The notes beneath the pieces were generated by a model that was not told where the DNA came from, searched no databases, and saw only the letters and a program-made list of their open reading frames with translations. From an uncultured archaeon (GTDB lineage: Archaea > Iainarchaeota > Iainarchaeia > Iainarchaeales > Iainarchaeaceae), in NCBI GenBank assembly GCA_964372565.1, contig CAYJRH010000001.1:1-43406 (forward strand): 43,406 nucleotides of DNA, in the 5' to 3' direction. Positions 8,409-15,757 of this stretch are shown here, piece after piece. Within the stretch, counting starts at the first letter, position 1. Each line of letters starts with the position of its first letter. Made by a program: the position numbers and the translations under genes.

Positions 8409-8556
8409 TGCGAAGCACGGCCCATTGAGCCACAAGGCCAGATAGCCCCCGCCCTTCCGAAGCGGAATACGAAATGGCGAAGCCACCGCCAGCCGCAGGC
8501 TGGCGCCCCGCCCTTCCGAAGCGGAATACGGACTGGACAGCCTAAGGCTTAAGTGA
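8385..8556 (+). repeat. imperfect 24-nt direct duplication of the aCPSF1 3' terminus flanking a 124-nt element
   Basis: CTGGACAGCGTAAGGCTGAAGTAA (8385-8408, the real gene end, LDSVRLK*) matches CTGGACAGCCTAAGGCTTAAGTGA (8533-8556, would read LDSLRLK*) at 21 of 24 positions. Confidence 0.8.
8447..8530 (+). repeat. two exact 25-nt direct repeats with a 59-nt period
   Basis: CCCCGCCCTTCCGAAGCGGAATACG occurs at 8447-8471 and again at 8506-8530. Each copy contains the mini-hairpin TTCCGaagCGGAA. The 34-nt spacer contains the hairpin CGCCAGCcgcagGCTGGCG. Confidence 0.85.
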
Positions 8557-8568
8557 ATTTTTAATAAA

Positions 8569-9288
8569 CTATTTTTTAATGAAGATAAATCCGCCATTTG
8601 TGTCTGCCACATCAAATTCTGGAAAAAACAGCCTGAGCGTTTTTATTGCCGTGGCGGGAAAATCCAAGAATTGAATTGAACTTACTCTTATAGAACCTTT
8701 TGGCCTGAGCGCCGGTTTCAAGTGTTCCACAATAAGCGCCAGGTAATTCACGCGGTTATCAGGATAGCCCGTATCGTGCATTCGAGCCAAATCACGCCTG
8801 TTTTTTGCGGTTGCAGAATCCATGAAAAATGACTGGGGAACAAGTATGTGGTCATACGATTCCTTCCCAAAATCACGTTCCAGAAAATTGCCCCCCAGAA
8901 TGCGAAGTTTTCCTTTTTTCAGCAGGCTGAAAACCGTGCGTGTAAGAGGGGCTGATACCGCCCTGCCAAATTCATAATCGAGAATAGTGTAATTTTCAGG
9001 CCTGATTTTGCTTCTTTTCAAAATGAATTCCGTTAGCCTGCCGGAGCCTGCGCCAACTTCAAGAATTTTTGTATTAGGGCCTAGTGAATCAAGAAAACGC
9101 TGCCCGATTTTCAGTTCAACCGAATGCCTGCTTGGCGGGAACATGTCATACTCTTTTGCGACCCGTATCCGCTTAAGTGTTTTTTGACGGCGTTCCCAAA
9201 TTTGCTCTGCATCAGCGCCAATTGGGCCGTGCAATCCCCATTCCGGAAGGGTTTCGCGCCGCCTTTTGCCAGTTCCAGGGACCCGCAT
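8569..9288 (-). CDS. class I SAM-dependent methyltransferase (predicted)
   Basis: Motif I is KILEVGAGSGRLTEFIL, followed by an acidic residue after beta-2 (TILDYEF). The size fits a Rossmann-fold methyltransferase. Substrate is unknown. Confidence 0.6.
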   Translation of the reverse strand: MRVPGTGKRRRETLPEWGLHGPIGADAEQIWERRQKTLKRIRVAKEYDMFPPSRHSVELKIGQRFLDSLGPNTKILEVGAGSGRLTEFILKRSKIRPENYTILDYEFGRAVSAPLTRTVFSLLKKGKLRILGGNFLERDFGKESYDHILVPQSFFMDSATAKNRRDLARMHDTGYPDNRVNYLALIVEHLKPALRPKGSIRVSSIQFLDFPATAIKTLRLFFPEFDVADTNGGFIFIKK

Positions 9289-9665
9289 AAGAAAGCTAAA
9301 TGCACTGAAGTTATTAAGCGTTAATAGAATGGAGAAATATGCCCAAATGCAAAAGAGGGGCTTTACCTAGACCCAAAATATACTAATAATCTGTTTTCTT
9401 TTCAAAAACTCTTTTTCTATGCGGTTTTTCGGGTTATGCAAACATCGTTTTTGCAAATTACCGAACGCCTAAATCCGAAAAATCGCAAAAATTCATTTCG
9501 GCCATTAAACCACAAAAACCATTCAGAAACATCAATATACATAAACCGATTTTTCGCTTTTTTCCAAAAAATTTTTTTCCGCGAAAAAAAAGTGAATATA
9601 CATAAGAAAAAAGGCTGTTAAGAGCTTATTTTTCCGAATAACGGGACAAAATGACAGTTAATGGA

Positions 9666-9692
9666 AAATGGAGCTGTGTACAGCCTCCATTT
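9666..9692 (+). other. strong hairpin in a long non-coding gap
   Basis: AAATGGAGCTGtgtaCAGcCTCCATTT forms 11 bp with one bulge. It lies immediately upstream of a TATA-like TTTTTATA at 9703-9710. Confidence 0.4.
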
Positions 9693-9754
9693 ATGGCAAA
9701 GGTTTTTATACTACTTAAGCCCTAGTAAAGTCGTTCCAAGTGCGGGGCGTTTTC

Positions 9755-9904
9755 ATGTCATCCATAGGGAGTAGGCTCATCATCCAAAAAACCGAACAGG
9801 AGTCGAGAACTGCTAAGCTGCTCCGTTGCCTGGAACAAGGCGGGGAGAGGTTAAATGACGAAGCAATTGGCCTAAAGAAGACTTATTTTTATAAGCCTCT
9901 GTAA
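9755..9904 (+). CDS. candidate 49-aa ORF, below the ORF-track size cutoff
   Basis: ATG 9755 lies about 45 nt downstream of TTTTTATA (9703-9710). The translation is MSSIGSRLIIQKTEQESRTAKLLRCLEQGGERLNDEAIGLKKTYFYKPL*. No family was recognised. Confidence 0.2.
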   Translation: MSSIGSRLIIQKTEQESRTAKLLRCLEQGGERLNDEAIGLKKTYFYKPL

Positions 9905-10024
9905 GCCGGTAGTTTTGTTCACCCCTTCTCCTCCCCCGCTTATGATTTTTTTCCGCTCAAAGAAACGGCCTGGCGGCAATTCCTTTATATATTGTTTTGA
10001 TATGTTTATGATATAGGTGATTTT

Positions 10025-10309
10025 GTGGGCCAAACGCTTGTCAGGCTGGAAAAAGCGCATGAAAAGATTGTCAGGGGCCTGCTTGATAGCGGGCTTTACA
10101 AGACAAAAAGCGAGGCAATCCGTGCCGGGATCCTGGAACTGGGGAAGCAATACAGGCTTGTGGGGTTTTACGAAGGCATGGAGATAAAACAGGTAATCGA
10201 CCCGAAGATAATAAGGAAACTCCAGAAAGTGCCAAAAGCCGATAAAGGCAAGTTTGAAACGCTGGCAGAAGTGAACAAAAAATACGGGTTCGCCCCAGAA
10301 ACTCGATGA
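10025..10309 (+). CDS. ribbon-helix-helix (CopG/Arc/MetJ-type) antitoxin-like protein
   Basis: GQTLVRLEKAHEKIVRGLLDSGLYKTKSEAIRAGILELGKQY shows the beta-strand, helix, helix layout. The start is GTG, with a TATA-like CTTTATATAT about 35 nt upstream. It is followed by relE. Confidence 0.75.
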   Translation: MGQTLVRLEKAHEKIVRGLLDSGLYKTKSEAIRAGILELGKQYRLVGFYEGMEIKQVIDPKIIRKLQKVPKADKGKFETLAEVNKKYGFAPETR

Positions 10310-10388
10310 CCCATAATACAGGCTATCCAGACCACTTGGACAACACAATTAATAGGCGGGGATAAAGCCCTTTTATATTGGGGCAGAG

Positions 10389-10643
10389 ATGTTTAAAGTT
10401 ATTTTTGAGCCTGGCTGGGACAAGTTCTTCAGCAAATTTGAAAGGGCTGAAAGGGAAAGGATCCTGAAAAAGATTAATCAATTGGCTTATTTTGAAACGC
10501 GGCGGCACCTTGGATATGGCGCACCATATTTCGTCGCCGAGGCAGGTCAATACAGGGTTTGCTATGAGGAAACGGGGGGCGTCCGCAAGGTGATTTTTGC
10601 GGGAAATCACAAGCAATATGAAAAATGGCTGGAATCGCTGTAA
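10389..10643 (+). CDS. relE: RelE/ParE-family toxin
   Basis: MFKVIFEPGWDKFFSKFERAERERILKKINQL...GQYRVCYEETGGVRKVIFAGNHKQYEKW shows the typical RelE/StbE layout (..YRI.Y......V.....G.HK.Y). Confidence 0.8.
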   Translation: MFKVIFEPGWDKFFSKFERAERERILKKINQLAYFETRRHLGYGAPYFVAEAGQYRVCYEETGGVRKVIFAGNHKQYEKWLESL

Positions 10644-10683
10644 AGCTGAAGGTTTAATTTACAATCCGCACCCAAATCCCTGC

Positions 10684-11223
10684 ATGCGCATATGCATTAC
10701 AGGAACCCCGGGAACGGGGAAAACGACCATTGCAAAGGCGCTTGGATTGGCGCTGAAATGCCCTGTGCTGAATGAACGGGAGTTTGCCCTGAAGGAAGGG
10801 ATAGTAGTAGTAGGGGAATTCGACCCGAAGGAGAATGAGCTTGTAGTACCGCTTGAAAAGCTTGAGGCAAGCCTGAACAAAATGCTCGGAAAGCAAAAGA
10901 GCATCATTGTGGAAGGGCACATGCTCTGCGAAATAAAGGGGAAATTCGATTTGGTTGTGCTCCTAAGGCTCAACCCCGAAAGGCTGGCAGCCAGGCTGGA
11001 ATTGCGCGGCTACCCTGAAGTGAAAATCCAGGACAACGTCTTTGTTGAGGGCATTGATTACTGCAAAAAGCACTGCATCAGGAATTACGGGAAAGGAAAA
11101 ATTGTTGAGGCAGAGAACAAGCAAACCATTAAAGAAACAACAGCGTTACTAATTAATGAAATAAGTTCCCGCGCAGGCCGGCGCAGGAAACCCGCCAAAA
11201 GGCGGAAAATAAGGGGAAAGTGA
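10684..11223 (+). CDS. Fap7/AK6-type adenylate kinase (ribosome-biogenesis NTPase)
   Basis: MRICITGTPGTGKTTIAKAL carries the P-loop, followed by IIVEGHMLCE..FDLVVLLRLNPERLAARLELRGYPEVKIQDNVFVEGIDY. The internal ATG at 10684 avoids overlap with relE. The C-terminal tail is basic. Confidence 0.85.
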   Translation: MRICITGTPGTGKTTIAKALGLALKCPVLNEREFALKEGIVVVGEFDPKENELVVPLEKLEASLNKMLGKQKSIIVEGHMLCEIKGKFDLVVLLRLNPERLAARLELRGYPEVKIQDNVFVEGIDYCKKHCIRNYGKGKIVEAENKQTIKETTALLINEISSRAGRRRKPAKRRKIRGK

Positions 11224-11229
11224 AGGGAC

Positions 11230-12450
11230 ATGAGAAAATTTTTTGTTTTTTTTGCACTCATTGCACTCAGCTACATAACAAGTGCCGCAACCATGCAGGA
11301 ATTCGGTTTTAATGACCTGGGGTATAAAGATTTCCACATAAGCGGGCCGGGCATTGAAAAATGCGCTGATTTTGATTTCATTTACCGGGGCGAATTGAAC
11401 GCGCGGGCATTCGAGGTTCTTTCGCTCAGGGCGGGGTTTGCCCCGGATGAAAAAAGCGGCGCGAAAATTGCCGTTCATTTCAATGGCGGGAAAATTTCCG
11501 AGCTTGGAAGCGAGGACTTCGCAAACGGCATTGCGCGCGTGCAGATGCCGCCCGGAAAGCTGAGGGAAAAAAATTCTGTGGGGGTTTGCGCAAAAACCTC
11601 CTCAATAGTAAACGACATCACGGTTTATGCGGATTCAAAATTCGGCGTCTATGACGGCGCATTTTTCCCGAACGGAGACGGGTATAAATTGGAGCTCGAG
11701 ACTTACGAGCCGCTGGCCGGGGTGCCGTTCCGCGTTGAAGCGGTTGCGTCAAACTACGGGACGGAAGACGCTTATGTGACGCTGAGCTACAGGAAGCTGG
11801 AGCTCGAGCGCGCGGCACCGGAAGTGAGCGTCCTCGACGGCGAAACAACGAAGAGCGGAACAGCGCCGAAGTGCATTGAATGGAACGATGGCGGCACCTG
11901 CGCAAAGCCCGGCAGGTTCGGCATTTCCTATTACGTGGTTGCGCACAAGGCCGTGCCGTTCACGCTGCTGCCTTCGGTAATGCGGTTCACCAACATATTC
12001 GGCGAGGAGCAGGCAATGCTCACAAACAGGCCTGATTTGGGCGCGGTCGAGCCGCCGCAGAAGCTCTCGGCAAAAGTCGCGCTTTCGAACGACAAGCTAT
12101 ATACGGGAAGCGAAATCCCGCTCAAAATCACCGTGCAGAACATAAGCAGGGAGCGCGTGCAGAACATTTCCATATCGGCGAAAACCGGCCTTGAGCTTGT
12201 GGGCGACGGCACGAAGGTTGCGGAATCGCTCGAGCCGAACCAAAGCCAGGACGCCGTATTCGAGGTGCGGGGGCCGGCAGAAGGGGCATATGCGGTCGGG
12301 TGCTCTGTCGAGTACGAATCGAGGGTGCTTGAGTGCGAAACAGCGAGCGTCACTTTGCAAAAGGGCATAGGGGTTGAAATCATTTCCTCGGTGCTGCTTG
12401 CCCTCCTGGCTGCCGCCGCGTTTGCTTATTTTTACTTCAGGAAAGCGTAG
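11230..12450 (+). CDS. cell-surface protein with signal peptide, CARDB/DUF11-like beta-sandwich and C-terminal TM anchor
   Basis: The N-terminus is MRKFFVFFALIALSYITSAATM. The C-terminus is GVEIISSVLLALLAAAAFAYFYFRKA. LSAKVALSNDKLYTGSEIPLKITVQNISRE...AVFEVRGPAEGAYAV resembles CARDB-type domains. Confidence 0.65.
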   Translation: MRKFFVFFALIALSYITSAATMQEFGFNDLGYKDFHISGPGIEKCADFDFIYRGELNARAFEVLSLRAGFAPDEKSGAKIAVHFNGGKISELGSEDFANGIARVQMPPGKLREKNSVGVCAKTSSIVNDITVYADSKFGVYDGAFFPNGDGYKLELETYEPLAGVPFRVEAVASNYGTEDAYVTLSYRKLELERAAPEVSVLDGETTKSGTAPKCIEWNDGGTCAKPGRFGISYYVVAHKAVPFTLLPSVMRFTNIFGEEQAMLTNRPDLGAVEPPQKLSAKVALSNDKLYTGSEIPLKITVQNISRERVQNISISAKTGLELVGDGTKVAESLEPNQSQDAVFEVRGPAEGAYAVGCSVEYESRVLECETASVTLQKGIGVEIISSVLLALLAAAAFAYFYFRKA

Positions 12451-15400
12451 GCTCCGCGGTTTCATCTTCTGCAGCTTTGCGGATTTTCACGGGCTCTTTC
12501 GGCTTTTCCTGCCTGGGCTTTCTCACCGCAAGGAATCCCGCGACCCCAAGCACGAGCAGGAGAGGGTAAACCGCAACAGGGATTTCGAATCCTGCGCCCA
12601 GGGATGCCGCTCCTGAAACGGGAATCAGGGAAGCGGACCTGGCTGATTCCAGGATCGATTTGAAGTATGATTTTTCCTCAAGGCCGGCTTTTGCCTTTGC
12701 AATGGATTCCGCCGCCTGCTGGCTCTGCTTTCCGGAATTCTGCAGCGCGAGCTTTGCATTCTCAAAGGAAGCGAGGGCGTTTTCCTTGGCTTTCCGGAGC
12801 GCGGCTGAAGACTCTTCAGCCACCGGGCGCAGCGATGCGAGGGCTGCCTCAATGCCGGTTGCCTTTGCTTTGGCAACAGCCTCGGCATACTGCCCTTTTT
12901 TCAGGAGCCTTGTGAACTCGGCGGAGCTTATGGACAGGGTTTTCTGGGAGGCTGCCTGCAGCCCTTTTGCCCTTTCCTCGGTTATGGGAAGCAGCGGGGA
13001 TATTTCCTCAAGCTCGCGAGGAGTCAGCTTTGCGAAAGCGCCGAGGAGCTCCTGCGTGTTTTTTGCCACTGATGCCTGTAGCTGCCTCAGTTCCGCAAAC
13101 ATTGACGCAAACTCCTCCGCCTCGGCTTTTGCCGCCCCCTGTGAATCGCTTTCGGCGTTCAAATCCTCTTTGAAAAGCGCGAGCTGCCGGCTTGCCTCGC
13201 TTATGCGCCGCTCTTTCACAAGAAGCTCGATGAGGCTGCTGCGCACATTTGCATCTTCCGGAATTTGAAGCCCCCTTGCATTGACTCCGTTGATGAGGGA
13301 ATTCATTTCTGACAATATGCTTCGCCCCTGCTGATTGAATGGCACTGTTGAAGCCGCGCCTTCCCTTGCAGTGCTTGGGTTCTCCGCCCCGGGGTTCAGG
13401 TCGAGTATAAGGTAATTTTTGCCGGGGAGGAGCGAGGAGAAATAAACAGCGGTCCTGCTTCCGCTTGGGGCGAAAGAAACGTTTCCCGTGGAAAAAACAT
13501 TGGCGGCGCCTTCGGATGAAAATGGGAAGGACACGGAAAATTCTGCGGGAACGCGCTTTGCGATGCTGTCGAATGAAACAGCCAGCATCCTGTTCTGGTC
13601 GGCGTCGGGCCGGAATATGCCGAGGCTTGGGCTGGGGCGCTCCACAAGGGCATACTTTTGCACGGAATCGGAGGAAATCTCGGGGAGAAGCGAATTCGCA
13701 TTTTCGAGGGCGCCGGAAACCTCCCGTGAAATCGCCTGTGCTGAAGCGAGATTTTCGGATTTCAGGCGGCCATCCGAAAAATTTCCTGCCATTTTGGCAA
13801 AAACAGAGGCAAGCGAGGCGGCCCTTGAGGATGAAGGGAGCGAGGGGAATTTTTCAGCCAGCGCCGAAACCAATCCGGCGCGCTCCGCGAGCAAAGCGAA
13901 ATCCGTTTCGGATTTTTTCACGCTTTCATTTTCGCGGCCATTCAGTAGCAGGCTTTCTGTGAGTGATTGGCAGGAACTGAGGACAAGCTCCGGGTTCGCA
14001 TATGGCCTCTGGATGCGCTTCATGGAATCAAGCCGCACCGAGGCATCTCCATCAATGCCGAATTGGAGCAGGCTTTCGGCTTCGGCAAAGCACGCGCTTA
14101 TCAGCCCTGCGGTTTTTTCCTCGGGGGATGCCTCGTCCATGTAGGAGAGAAGCCTGCTGAAGTCCTGCAGCGCCGCGGTGCACGAGGAAAATTCTCCCGT
14201 ATCATTGTATGAGGAAATTTCGGCAATGACGCGGCCAGACAGCGAGGTTATTGCAGGGTTCCCCGAGGAAAATTCGCTGGATGAAAGCCTTTCCCGGATG
14301 CCTGAAAGCGCGGATGAGCACGCTGAAGCGCTGTCGGATTCTATTGTGGAAAATTCCTGCATTCCTGAAAGAAGGCTTTCGGCTTCGAGCTCCAAACCCT
14401 TGAGCACGCTTGTTGTGCGGCCGAGCGTCGCCGTTCCGAGATATTCCTGCTGCCTGAGCGAGCGGAGCGCGGAGTCAAGCGCCTCGGCTCTTGCTGCATA
14501 CGTTTCCGAGAATTCTTTGGGGGTCGGGCCTGATTGGGAATCCACGAGCATGAAGCCGCCGTACTGCGGGAAATATTCCGGGAGCTGCGAGTACGAGGCG
14601 AGCAGTGCGGATATTTCGGGGATTTTTCCGCGCGCCTCGCCTGCCATTGAGGCGACTTTTTGCTCCCTCGCGGAGTTCGAGGCTTTGAGCTGCGCAATGT
14701 TTGCGGATTCCGAGGAGAATATTCCGAAGAACGCGCTTGCGGCAGAATTTTGCTGCCCTGCCATCCCGTCAAGGGCCGAGAAAATCTCGGAGGAGGGAAT
14801 GGAGTTGAGGGATTGAACCGAGCCGCCCAATGAGAAGTAGTCGGCAATAAAATCCGCGAAACCGCCGAAAATTGGCTTGAGGATTGCAATTGGGAAATCA
14901 TGCTTGAGCGCCGCGCCCGCGAGCACGCTCCCGAAGATTGCGGATTTGTTGTCCGAAACTATTTGGAAAAGCGATGTTTCCTGCAGTGTTGACTGCAGCC
15001 CGAGGCTCCGGGCAACTGCGGAAAATTTCCCGTACTCCTTCTGGTAGCGTGCGGCGTATGTGTTGCCTGAGATGTTCTTCTGGCTGAAGTCCAGGGCATT
15101 CTGGTTCAGCAGCACATAGTCGTCGAAAACACGCTCTTCGGGCATTGCGTTGACATCCTCGAACTCAAGCACGGTGAGCTGCGCGTTGATTGCGCTTGCC
15201 GCTGATTTGTTGAAGTAATCTATTTCCTCGGCGGCGCTCTGGAGGTTGCTGTTCAGTTCGTTGGCATGCCTTGGGATGCCTGAATAATCGGCTGCGCTGC
15301 ATTGGGAGCGGATGCTGTCAAGGTTTTTCCGGGCGCTGCTGAGGAAAAGCCATGAGCGCGACAGCCTGTCCTTTGCCTCGAAAAGGTACTTCCTCACCGG

Positions 15401-15631
15401 AGGCTCGAATTCGGAGTCGCTGAAGCTGAATGAAGCCTGCACTTTTGCAAAGCATTCGTCCTGCGCCGTGCATTTCGGGATTGAGGTCGAGTTGTATGTC
15501 GAGAGCTTGAGGCATGACAGCCTGTCATTGGTTGTAGGGTTGTCGATGCAGCCAAGAAGGAAAATGCCGAGAAGGAAAAGCGGAATGAAAAGCCTGTGAA
15601 TGAAGTGCATGCGCATGAGGTAAATGTGCAA
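12437..15631 (-). CDS. very large Ser/Ala/Leu/Glu-rich surface protein with lipobox-like signal and C-terminal TM anchor
   Basis: 1064-aa ORF with a TTG start at 15631; the probable ATG is at 15616 (MRMHFIHRLFIPLFLLGIFLLGC, with LLGC lipobox-like). The C-terminus is IPVAVYPLLLVLGVAGFLAVRKPRQEK. It overlaps the convergent gene by 14 nt. No family was recognised. Confidence 0.7.
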   Translation of the reverse strand: MHIYLMRMHFIHRLFIPLFLLGIFLLGCIDNPTTNDRLSCLKLSTYNSTSIPKCTAQDECFAKVQASFSFSDSEFEPPVRKYLFEAKDRLSRSWLFLSSARKNLDSIRSQCSAADYSGIPRHANELNSNLQSAAEEIDYFNKSAASAINAQLTVLEFEDVNAMPEERVFDDYVLLNQNALDFSQKNISGNTYAARYQKEYGKFSAVARSLGLQSTLQETSLFQIVSDNKSAIFGSVLAGAALKHDFPIAILKPIFGGFADFIADYFSLGGSVQSLNSIPSSEIFSALDGMAGQQNSAASAFFGIFSSESANIAQLKASNSAREQKVASMAGEARGKIPEISALLASYSQLPEYFPQYGGFMLVDSQSGPTPKEFSETYAARAEALDSALRSLRQQEYLGTATLGRTTSVLKGLELEAESLLSGMQEFSTIESDSASACSSALSGIRERLSSSEFSSGNPAITSLSGRVIAEISSYNDTGEFSSCTAALQDFSRLLSYMDEASPEEKTAGLISACFAEAESLLQFGIDGDASVRLDSMKRIQRPYANPELVLSSCQSLTESLLLNGRENESVKKSETDFALLAERAGLVSALAEKFPSLPSSSRAASLASVFAKMAGNFSDGRLKSENLASAQAISREVSGALENANSLLPEISSDSVQKYALVERPSPSLGIFRPDADQNRMLAVSFDSIAKRVPAEFSVSFPFSSEGAANVFSTGNVSFAPSGSRTAVYFSSLLPGKNYLILDLNPGAENPSTAREGAASTVPFNQQGRSILSEMNSLINGVNARGLQIPEDANVRSSLIELLVKERRISEASRQLALFKEDLNAESDSQGAAKAEAEEFASMFAELRQLQASVAKNTQELLGAFAKLTPRELEEISPLLPITEERAKGLQAASQKTLSISSAEFTRLLKKGQYAEAVAKAKATGIEAALASLRPVAEESSAALRKAKENALASFENAKLALQNSGKQSQQAAESIAKAKAGLEEKSYFKSILESARSASLIPVSGAASLGAGFEIPVAVYPLLLVLGVAGFLAVRKPRQEKPKEPVKIRKAAEDETAEPTLS

Positions 15632-15652
15632 CCAAAACGAATTTAAGTATTA

Positions 15653-15664
15653 CGTCAATTGACG
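15653..15664. promoter_or_regulatory. perfect 12-bp palindrome CGTCAATTGACG next to a TATA-like box
   Basis: It lies just upstream, on the minus strand, of ACTTAAAT (15641-15650) and the start of the 1064-aa gene. It shares the TCAATTGA core with the palindrome at 34528-34539. Confidence 0.3.
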
Positions 15665-15757
15665 AATAACTGGGTTTCGGGCTTTTCGTGCGTTTTCGGC
15701 CCGCAATTCCAATTTTAGGCAATAACATTTTATTCCACAAGACCCTAACCCTAATGC

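Noticed and set aside
8447-8530. CRISPR-like geometry: two exact 25-nt repeats separated by a 34-nt spacer.
   Set aside because: Only two repeat copies are present, with no leader and no cas genes in the window. The unit sits inside a duplicated gene-end structure. It is treated as part of a small insertion element rather than an array.
9289-9660. AT-rich segment with A/T-tract palindromes as a possible replication origin.
   Set aside because: No ORB-like repeated boxes were recognised, and no orc1/cdc6 gene is adjacent. AT-richness is equally explained by island or promoter DNA.
9700-9910. Possible RNase P or SRP RNA in the long gap. AGTAAAGTCG resembles the GGAAAGUCC CR-I motif. GTAAGCCGG is the reverse complement of the CCGGCUUAC-like CR-V motif. 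CCAGGCAACGGAGCAGC on the minus strand faintly resembles SRP helix 8.
   Set aside because: The motifs lie on opposite strands or in the wrong order for RNase P. The helix-8 match is weak, and no supporting long-range pairing was seen by eye. A covariance-model scan would be needed before calling anything.
9872-10348. 158-aa minus-strand ORF.
   Set aside because: It completely overlaps the well-formed RHH antitoxin gene (10025-10309, plus strand) and extends into promoter DNA. The translation is low-quality.
13141-13156. GCGTTCAAATCCTC, a tRNA T-arm-like string.
   Set aside because: It lies inside the 1064-aa CDS. No acceptor or anticodon arms can be built around it, and the first G of GGTTC is missing.
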